Source of the DNA: Candidatus Heimdallarchaeota archaeon
Lineage (GTDB): Archaea > Asgardarchaeota > Heimdallarchaeia > Heimdallarchaeales > Kariarchaeaceae
Direction: 5' to 3'
Assembly: GCA_030149205.1 (NCBI GenBank)
Contig: JASBSB010000003.1
Span: 60,001 to 92,000, forward strand
DNA: 32,000 nt
Positions 8,283-18,600 of the stretch are shown here, piece by piece. The translations under genes were made by a program, and so were the position numbers. The notes beneath the pieces are model-generated. The model ran no database searches and was not told the origin of the DNA. It worked only from the letters and a program-made list of their open reading frames with translations. Position 1 is the first letter of the stretch. Every line of letters starts with the position of its first letter.

Positions 8283-9687
8283 AATTACTGGTTTCTAATT
8301 TATCTGGTAAATAGTGATTTGTTATGAACTGAGGGTCTCTGGCATTTAAAGCCTGTATTTCTGCTTTAACGCCCAAAGACTGCAAAGTTTCCAGCTGTTT
8401 TCGCCACTTTGGTTTCCTTCGAACAAATTCTTCTTCCAACATTAATTTAATTTTGTTCTCATCGTTTTTAGTCAGCTTAATATGAGTTGAGGATGGAATA
8501 TGAAACCCAGAATCATCTTGCAGATCGGAAGGTAACAACCCCAACCATTTCATATTTGGAACAGCTAAGTTTGAGGCTTCAAAAGATAATGATTTAGACC
8601 CAACAGTGTATACTCTCATAATTTCTATTCCATAAACATCAGCATCCATGATTGCTAAAATTGGTAATTTCAATTCCTCATCAATCTTCTTAAGAAACAT
8701 TCTCGTTGCCATATCAGGTTGTCCTTTTGCTGTGACAATGATTGATGGGATATAATCATAGAATTGATCCTCTGCCAATCTATTAAAGACTGCATCTTTT
8801 TCAATAACCAGAACCATTTCTGCGTCACTTTGAATGTTCGAGATTTCTTCTACCATTGGGGCAATGGATTTCCCGGTTCCGATTTTAGTACAATCAATAA
8901 AATCTCCTTTTTCTTCAAATTGAAGCTTTCCAATCACCACACCTTTTGATGAGGCACTAACATTCAGGGAAGGCCTTGTAACTTGGAGTAATGCGCTAAG
9001 ATCTTCTATAAGGCTGTCTGAAGTGCTCTGCCCTTCGAATGCGTTTACATCTTGGTAGAATATATCTCTCTTTGTTGCATGTATATCTCTACTTAAAATT
9101 TCATCTAAGATAACCATCAACCTTGAAAGTTGATAAAAAGATTTTACTGAAGACAAGCTTCTAAATGCACGTTCAATTTTCTGTCGACCTAAAAGCACAT
9201 ATTCGCTCTCTTCATCATATCCTATGTTATCTCCAGAACGTGATGGAATGGAAAACGATGCTTCAGACGGATTCTTAAGAGAATCAAGAACAAATTGTTT
9301 TACAATCTGAGTGAGTCGACTCCTCGTCTCCTCTTCCTCAGTTTGATCAACTTTAAGAATACCGTAAGGCATGATCATTTCATCAGAATATTTACTCTGA
9401 AGGTCTCTAAAGTAGCTCTGGAACTTACTTAAACTTACATCTCTTTTTACATCTATTTCAAGTTTATCTGCCTTAAGGTCGTAGTCACTCAATTTCTTCT
9501 TAGGATCCAAGAAATACCATTTTTTCTTAACACGGATAAATAGTACAAATTTGCTGTTAGGAAGGTTGAACTCTTTTTTGACTTCCTTTTTTAGATCTGC
9601 CATTTCCCAAGTTGTATCTAAATTCAATATGGAATGCTCAACTGGTAGTGTTGTAGAATTTCGGATGGGGATCTCTCTTTTGACCAT
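8275..9687 (-). CDS. top6A: DNA topoisomerase VI subunit A (Spo11 family) with N-terminal ubiquitin-like domain
   Basis: IPSRSGDNIGYD; ATKRDIFYQD with catalytic Tyr211; TOPRIM VLVIEKDAVF and DADVYG; TAKGQPD.ATR.F; KAEIQAL. Confidence 0.97.
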   Translation of the reverse strand: MVKREIPIRNSTTLPVEHSILNLDTTWEMADLKKEVKKEFNLPNSKFVLFIRVKKKWYFLDPKKKLSDYDLKADKLEIDVKRDVSLSKFQSYFRDLQSKYSDEMIMPYGILKVDQTEEEETRSRLTQIVKQFVLDSLKNPSEASFSIPSRSGDNIGYDEESEYVLLGRQKIERAFRSLSSVKSFYQLSRLMVILDEILSRDIHATKRDIFYQDVNAFEGQSTSDSLIEDLSALLQVTRPSLNVSASSKGVVIGKLQFEEKGDFIDCTKIGTGKSIAPMVEEISNIQSDAEMVLVIEKDAVFNRLAEDQFYDYIPSIIVTAKGQPDMATRMFLKKIDEELKLPILAIMDADVYGIEIMRVYTVGSKSLSFEASNLAVPNMKWLGLLPSDLQDDSGFHIPSSTHIKLTKNDENKIKLMLEEEFVRRKPKWRKQLETLQSLGVKAEIQALNARDPQFITNHYLPDKLETSNFI

Positions 9688-12600
9688 TTATTTTCCTCCT
9701 TTGGATTTATTCTTTTTGCCCGGCTTTGTGGTTGGTTTACTTGTTTTCTTTTTCTCCTTCTCCAATTTCAATCTAAAATTAGATATCTCTTTGTTAGTTA
9801 AATTTGAAAATTGTTTAATATCTACATTTGGTGCAAATAAGAAATCTCCAAAAGATTTGATTTTTGATTTCTTAAGCTTCTTCTTTGCTTCAGATGGCAA
9901 TTTAGCTTCTTCTATATCGGTAGCCAGTAACCTTTGTAAGCTTAGTATACCTTCTGTGAATGGACTATTCTTGGGTAATTTAAAATCATTTATGTACACC
10001 TGAATGACGGATTTGATACCCTGCTTGTTTAATTCCTCAATATCCATTGCCCTAATTTTGCGAACCACGTTTAAGGGAGTTATGTCCTCCTTCCTGGCTC
10101 TGTTAATATCAGCTCGAGAGATTTCTGCAGTAACTGATTCAAATTCCTCTAAATTGTTTACCTTAAAATCTTTGAACAATGCGTCAGGAGGAGAAATCAG
10201 AATGTCATAGAGTGTCTTAATTTTCTTTCTTAGCAAGGCTTTAATTGATTTCAACCCTAGAGACCTGAGCGTTTGGGATTCCCAAAGGTAAATGTCTTTC
10301 AGTTTTTCTGATTGACTGAATGTGTTTTCTGTGATCCCTTGTAACCCACTAAAGTCAGCTGCTAAGACATTTGTAGTTAATTGAATCCAACTTGTAAAAT
10401 ATGAGTTTTTCAAACTATCAAAGGAGTTTTGAGGGAAATATCCTATATAGAACAGATTTTTTGTATTAACTAATTTATTTAGATCTAAGTTCTTCAATAA
10501 TGGAAAGTCATTGCTATCGTGTATGACCTTTGATAATATTACATCGGAGACATGGGTAATCCCCTGTTGTACCAATTTTTGAATATCATCAAGCTCTAGT
10601 TCAGGAATTGATAGAATTGAACTTCGTAATGTTTCTCTTGTAAGGTTTAGGTTTTCTGAAATTGAGTTATTTAAGTAATAATTATACATAAACTCCTCAA
10701 CAGTCTTAATACTTGAAGCATTCAATTCACTCTTTATTTGTTTGGGAACAGTTAAGGAGCTAAAGTCATGAAGGTCTGTCAAATAGTCATTTATATCCCA
10801 TTCGTTTACCAAATTTTCAAACATTGAACCCTTCAGATTATCTTCAGAGATATCTCCAAGAGTATCTCCTGTAAACAATTTCAAAATTTCAACTCGTTGC
10901 AGTTGTGGTAATTCCCAATAAAATTTTGCTGCCCAGAGTTTCGAGTTCAAAAATGATTTTAGATGACTAACTGGTTTAAATGTATTAGATAGAGATTTTG
11001 GGATATTAGGGTAGATTGATAATATCTTGAAATCAAAAAGACTCAATGAGAATAATTTTAACTCTGATTTAAGGAGATTAGACACGAATTTGTTATTATT
11101 CGTGGCAAACTCAACCTTAAACTCACCTCTTTTGTCGCTAAACGATTTGGCAGAAACACCTAAAGTATTAATCATTTCTTCCTCACTTTCAGTGTGAAGT
11201 TGCCAATATGTTGTGATACCAATCTCTCTAAGGTCTTTACTCCACTTTTCAGGGAAATTTATTATTTTGTTTAACGGGAGATGTAATAAACTTAGGATAT
11301 CACAAGTTTTCAACTTATCAGATTTTTGGAGTCTTTGTAAGGTTTCTTCATTAATCAATTCATTCATGGTTTCAACTTTATTGCTTTTTAAAAATTCAAC
11401 AAGGTTATGCTCTTGTATTGTATCTTCGACAAGCATTGAGCGTTGTACTATTATTGGGGTTGTAATGGGATCATGCTTGCTAAAATATTTATCTAAGAAT
11501 ACGCTAACCTTCACATTTGAAGTTGGTTTTTGAGAAAATACATCGTTATTAAGTATTAAATCAGCACTCTGACTTAGTTGAGACTTTATAGAATTGATTC
11601 TTTCTTCTTCAATCCCCATTTCGATCAACTGGTTTGAATTAGTCTCAAGGAGCTGTGTGAACAAGAAGATACCATTAGAATTGAGAATTTTTTCTTCTTG
11701 TGTTCGAATTTCAGGTAGGATATTTAATCTTGGGAGGTTACTCAAAATTTCATCTAAATCTAGGGGAGAAAGCGTAGTTGAAACTTCCTTTGATTGTAAA
11801 CCTTGTAGAAATTCTATGATTGTCCCTTCTGGTTCTATTTTGGCCTTTTCTAATAATTTTCTAATTTTCTGTGAATAGTTTAAAAGTAATGCAGGTGAAT
11901 TTAACAGGTCTTTGTATTGTTTTAAGATATTTTGATCTGGTTTACTCAACACTTGAGGTATCTCAGAACCAAGATCAATTAGACTATAAATATTTAAAGC
12001 CGTTAGCCGTTCTTTTCCTTTATCACTGATACTCTGGATGTTATTTATCTGAAGATTATCAATTGAAGTTAGTTTTTCAATCTCAACAAAGTTTATGCTT
12101 TTGATTTTTTCTTTTAATTCCTCTGTTGATATGTTTAAGACCTCAGTGATCGCTTTAGGAGAGGACACTAAAAGGTCAAATATGGAAGATATATTCAATT
12201 CGTCCAACTTATCCTGATCAAACAGTTTCAACAATTTTACACTTGTAAAGAAAATTCTTTGTTTAGAACCTAATTTTCCAGAACCAACTTTTTCCATCAA
12301 ATTTGACAATGGTTGAGATAAATCAATGAAAGATTTCATTGATTTTGGCAGATTTAAGTCGGAAACCTTAAGCAAACTTTGAACCTTTCTATGATTGTGA
12401 ATTATTAAATTAACCCTATCTTGATAATTTGATAATCTTTCAGAGAAATCAACTAAAGATTTTGGAAACATCAGAAAGTCTACTATTTCAAATATTGATT
12501 TTTTGAGTAATGCCTTTATTTCATTTAAGGTTAAAATATCTCTAAGTGTAGTATCTAGGATATGTGTAACCAAAAGAAAATGAATATTTTTTAATTCGAA

Positions 12601-15600
12601 GTCAATATTTACCAAGGGATGACTTCTTCTAATAAACAATTTAGGAAGTGTGTGGAGCGGATCTTCTAAAAATTCCAATGACTCCTCAGAGTACAAATCA
12701 TCATAATTTGAAATTTCTTCGCTATCAACATTAATAACAAAACTCAAGGCTATATCTTGCAGTTGTTTTATTCTCTTTTTAGATATTGAAGTGTTAGTAA
12801 ATAGCTCTGCCGGAGCTAACAGCAGGTCATTTATTGAGATGATCCCTGATTTCCATAATTCCCAAAGTTCTGTTTCTTCAATTGAAGAGAGCCCAGAAAT
12901 CAAATTGTATGAATTTTTGATGATTCTTTGAATAGGAAATGTGGGTTGTGAATTTGTTTTCATTATACTCATCGATCTTTCTATGGAATAGTTCCAAAGG
13001 TGGTGAAATCCAGTTACATGAGTTGCTAGCTGAGTCGAAATTTCATCAATACTGTTTTCCGGAAGATTCAATTCATCATGAACCACTAAATTTGATTGCA
13101 GTTCATGCCAAAATATATTGAACTCATCTTTTGACATTAAATCTTTTAGTTCTGATAAATAATGGATTAGTTCGTCTAACCATAATATTGGGATAGGAAC
13201 AGACAAACTGCGATTGTTGATAGACAACATGGTTAAAGGTATTTTCAAACCTTCACGAACGGCTTTTAAATTATTTTGCTTAATTCCTAAATAGGTATCT
13301 AACCTGTGAGGAGAGGATAGAATTGTTTGTACATTGACCTTCTCAGATTCAACCCTTCTAAAAAGGCTAAGAGAGACAGTTCTGATGAACTCTAAAGGTA
13401 ATTCTAGTTCAGTTTGAATTGTTGGATTTTTAAGAAATGTATCAACAAAACCTTTGGGTAATAACGGTCTTAGAAATGGGTCAGTAAGAAGTTCAAGTAC
13501 AGTTGAACAAGAATATTTGGTTGTAGCCAGATGAAGTAATGCCCCAGGTAAATCCAATAGAAGTGGTGATTCACACAAGGTTTCGTAAAGTAACTTTCCT
13601 TTTTTAGGTAGATTAGTCTTCCTGGATGGTTTTAAATCAACCCACATCTTAAAATTTTGAAGATTTGTTATTCCGACCGAACTTGGAGTATTTAGCGAAA
13701 TTTCTAAAGGTAACTGATTTTCAAGATATGTTTTCCAACCAACTAACAGGATATCTCTTATAATATCTAATTCATAGTCCATCATCCTAAAGGCCAGAAT
13801 TGATTCGATTATTGTTCTGGCTCCCAGATTTATAGTGTCTTGGAGGTCATTTGCATATCCATGTAAAAATACATTCGAAGAAAACAAAAATAGTTTAAGT
13901 TCTCTAATGTTTGGATTTTGAGTTGTCAGAACTGTGACTGTCTCGTCAAGGAACTTCACATTATCAAATTTTAAACTTGAATCGAAAACAAATTGATCAA
14001 CTGATAACCCTTTTCTTTCTAACAACTCGTTAAGCTCTGTAGTATCAAAATTATCCTTAAGTTCTCTAAAGAATTTTTGAGTCAAACCAGAGATTAAAGA
14101 CAGCTCCTTAGGGTCATTGAGGATCGCACCTTCAACAGTGGTAATACCCGCATTATAGAGGGACCTAAATTGTTCAGGGGTGAGATTTAGAATAGTTATA
14201 GGTGTTGTACCAGTTTTAACCAGTTCAATTAATGCACCTTTTTGTTTAAGCAATGACTGTATTATTGAGATAGTACCCTCTTCTGTGTTATCATAAAGTA
14301 ATACAAGGTCTGCAACCGTTAATTCAGATAGGTCATCTGATATCTCTTGATCCAGGACATTCACAAATGGAGTATTTTTTAACTCTAAACTGAGAAAGGA
14401 TCGAATTCTATAGAGTACCTCATGATTTAACGCAGGAGAGTTTTCTTTCCACCTTTCTAGTAATGTTCCATCAATTTCTTCATTTGACCCTGCAATTGCA
14501 GGTATCTTAGACATTGCAATTAATGGTTTAAGGTCAATGAATTTCTTCGTAAGTAATGTTAGTAATGCATCAATTTCGGGTGTGGGACTTGGGAGATCTT
14601 CATTTGATACAAACAACAAATCAACCAAATTATTTACATGAAACTCGTGTAATAACGATAGATCACCCTCACTAATAGTTTGGAAGACTTCCAAAGGTAA
14701 GTTTAAGACTTCTTGGACAGAGTTAATTATATCTAACAAATATCCTTCACCAAGAAAGTTAGAAGTGTTTATTTGATAGTACAGCTCTTGTAAGGTGTCT
14801 ATCTGACTAATTTCAAAGATTGTAGCCTTTTCTATGGTCTTTAATTCTGTTCTGTTGAATACATTTATGTCCTTTAAAGGTATTCCATTTTCAGATTCCT
14901 TCTGGGTGACTGATTCTATTGATACTAAATCTTTGATACCTCTCACATCTTTTTCTGATAATGTAAGAGTCTTTGCTAGTTTCTTGTTTGATGTCTCAAA
15001 AAAGTCTAAGATTGTATGAATTCCATTTGTAATTAGCTTCTGGGTTTCAAAATAAGTTAGACCAGGAATAAAATACACAGATTTATAAAATTGCCCCACC
15101 AATTCTTCGAATTCTAAAACGTGTTTTAGATTCTCATACCGCTCTGCCGGGAGCCCAGTCTTCTGTTCAAGTATTGGATCACCTGTTAGTAGAAAATCAA
15201 TAATAGTATTGACTCCATTTGCATTTAAGAGTGAAACTACATCCTCTCCTAAATCGTTTTCAACAAAATTAATTGGTAACCTAAGGATTGATTTTATTGC
15301 CTTAATTGCTTCCCAAGGGATTAAATTTGAGTCCCAAGACTCTTCAAATGATGAAAAATAAAGGTCTTCAACTGTGATATAATTCATTGAATTCAGGTGA
15401 GAAATATGTGATGGCCTGAATAGGTTGAGATTTTCAAGCTCAATTCCAACCTCTTGTAGGAATGCAGTGGTCTGTCTTTCTCGAGTTTTCTCCTCAGTCC
15501 AATCCAAGATCTTTGAGATTACTTCACTGGGTTGGGTGAGGAAATCAAAAACTCTGGTTAATTTTGCTAAAGAAAGAGACTTTAATTCGTCAGAAGTTAA

Positions 15601-18600
15601 TGTAACATATCGGAATTTTTTGGTTGTCACCGTTTCTTCCCCACTATCCACTCCCTCAGAATCTACTGGATCACCATCGTTACTATTCTCAGAATTTTCT
15701 GGAATTAAATCATTATCGAGTTCAGATTCTTCTCTTGGAATTTTGGTTGTTACCTCATATTCCTCTTTCCAAGATAAAAGTACAGAGGGAGACCGTAAGA
15801 GACTCTTCATATGATTAATTATGCTCCAGCTTAATCCAACTACCTCGAAGTTTTTAGCATTTGTTAGATAATATAATGTCTCTATGGTGTCATAACCACT
15901 ATCAATGAGACTATCAATCTCGGAATTACTAAAATGAGATATACCCTCATAATCAAAGGTAAAAATGGGTGAGTACTTCTTCCCTTCCAATTTGACTAAT
16001 GGGGTTCCAAAGTTCCTAAAAGTAGACTTGGATAATTTTTCATTTATGTTTTTCAGTGATTGTCCTAGCACTTTGGAAATTTTTGTAGCTGATGTTAAAA
16101 AGAGCTGGTAGACAGTCTTGATATGATGATTTTGAAGTAAATCAACCTCAACTGTGCTGAATTCACTTAAATGAATCAAAGATTTGGATAAATTCTCTTT
16201 GAGGTTAAAAACACGTATCCCAGAAAGAGTTGGTTCTATTAGTCCCTCAGGAAAGTTATTTTGTTTGAGGTTTAGATAAAGTTCTTCAATTAGGCCAGAT
16301 CCTTTCTTGTTTGAAACTAGTTTTGTTAACTTCGGAATAGAAGATGACATAAAATCAAATAAAAGTACAACACCACCATCTTCTAAATTTTTCAGGGCAG
16401 ATTTTAAGCTTTTTTCCTCTGATTTCGACACTTTCAGATTATCAACTAAGACACCAAGAGGTGAAAAAAGAGTATGGTTCAGTGTTTTATGATCATATAT
16501 ATTACCGTTTGTTAATGAATTTGGCAACTCGTCATTCCAAAGAGTTGTAATTAATTGATTTAAACTTTTAAAGCCGAGTTTCTCAAGAGCAATGATATCT
16601 TCTTTTGAGATAACATTTGTGAAATCATTGTAATCAGTTTGTTTGTTATTGACTTTATTGAGAGAAGAAAGTGAAATTCCGTCCAGGATTAAATCAAACC
16701 ACTCCCCACTAAGATTTGTAATAATTTCTAATTCGTCGGTATCCCAGATCAATAGTTTCCCTACTGTATTAATACCCGCGTCTAACAAGATTGGTAAATG
16801 TTGAATTAACTCTTCGGAGACTGTGTTTATTGGCAACAACATATTAGAATAAAGCTTCTCAAGTTTTTTTACATCTTTTTCATCTTTTGCATTTCCAATA
16901 AAATAATCAAAATTGAAATAAAACTCCTCCAGAGTTGAGACTCCAATTTTATTGAGAAGTTTTATCTCAGAGCTTTTTAACCCTTTAAACACAGTTTTGA
17001 ATGACTTTGCCCTTCTAACATGGTCTCTGATTTCACTTGGGAATTTATCAATTGGTAAGGCTAAAAATTCAGAGAGAGAGAGTAGATCATGTTTGATCAA
17101 ATAGCTTTCCAAATCTTGGTTTATGATTTTTAGCTCATAAAGGCTTTTAACATCATTTTGGCTTACTAGTTGGTCGATAATTTTTGCTTTGGTTGAGTTA
17201 AATAAGGCAATTGTTAATTTAGAATTTGCGTTTAATTTTGCACAATAATCAAGAGATTGTGTTAATGCTAATTCTTCTAGACTAGAAATACCCTCTTTCT
17301 TAAAGAGAGGCACATATACCATTGTTTCTTCATCAACCTCTTTAAACTTACCTAAGTCTGTCTTGACTTCTTTTAGTTTATCTATAATCCTTGTAAAAAT
17401 AAGTCTTAACAGCTCAGACATTTCTAAAAGAAGTTCGTCAGTTGCGCCTAAAACATCACCTAGCTTTGACAATTTTCTACGTTTAAAGGAGTTTTTTGTG
17501 TATCCGTCGGTCCATTTTTGATTCTGATCAATTCTTAAGTCTTTTAAGTCAGGATTTTTTTCTATAAGCTTTAGTATGCCATTTTTAAAATTGTCAATAA
17601 TTAATTGATTTAAACTATCATAAGTAATGGGGGATGATGGATTGGTAGTTTCAATCAAAAATTCAACATAAGAGGTTATTTTTCTTTTTTTCACTTCAGG
17701 GTATTCTAAAATCTCCTCAACAGTCGGTAAAAAGAAATCTAATTTAATTTTATCTGCTGTTAAACTTTCTGTTATTTCTTCCCTTAACTTAGGGTTAATA
17801 GCTTCAGGGATTGAGGTAGATTTAGAAGTCTTTTCTGGATCTTCTAGATTTATTTCTAAGAATTTCTCAAGTCCCATTAATTCTTCTTTTGAAAGCTGTA
17901 AATCACCAGAGGTGTTATCTCTATTTGTATATTCTAGTATATGTTGAATGATTTCAAGTCTTTTTTCTTCAAATATTTTAGGAAGAAGCCCCTGAATTCT
18001 TAGGAGATATTCATCTGGTGTAACTAGATAATCCCAAACATTTCTAATCCACTTTCTTGGGAGAGCTTTAGAAAGATGTAAGAGATTTAAACTTAAATCA
18101 CGTGAATGAAATCTCTTTTCTATTTCAGGATTAAGAAAAACCTGAGTTACTATGGGTTTAATTTTCTTAAAGTCATCAAATATAACTATAGTTCTTCTCT
18201 TGATCTCATCAATTTGGGATATATCGAGGTTGAGAATTTTCGAAAGTTTTTCGTTTCTTTCGGTCAAAAATTCCTCAACGGTCAAAATTCCAGATTTTTG
18301 TAGATTGTTTATAACATCAACATCACTCCAGATTGGTTCAATCAAAACGTGTTTTGTTTGAGGCTTAGAAAACCTTGCAATTCTGGCTTCACCTGAAGAA
18401 AGAGCTGCAATTACCCTAGATGGTTTTAATCCAGTCTTTGTATTCCAAACCCCTCCTCTTTCCAGTAAATTTATGAGATTTTCAACTGTTTTTGGTGCAT
18501 ACAGTTCAAATCGAGACCTTCTTTGTCTCTCTCTTTGCTTTCTTCGAGATCTACTTAAGAAAGATTTTAATTTTCTACCAAGCTGTAGCAGTGCTAATTT

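Noticed and set aside
8275-9687. Calling Top6A a meiotic-type Spo11
   Set aside because: It is coupled to a Top6B with a complete ATPase domain, which fits a topoisomerase. Nothing here shows programmed break formation.
9685-9690. In-frame TAA-ATG could allow readthrough into a single Top6B-Top6A polypeptide
   Set aside because: TAA is the least leaky stop, there is a well-placed SD for independent initiation, and no recoding signal is visible. Only proteomics could revive this.
9688-9699. Top6B ends in GGK, suggesting a ubiquitin-style Gly-Gly conjugation end next to a UBL
   Set aside because: The GG is not terminal, and the GGA GGA codons are fully explained as the SD for top6A.
9770-18500. 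Inteins or a mobile element as the cause of Top6B size
   Set aside because: The extra sequence is C-terminal rather than inserted in conserved motifs. No intein ends (C/S...HN-C/S/T), LAGLIDADG motifs, transposase or terminal repeats were seen.
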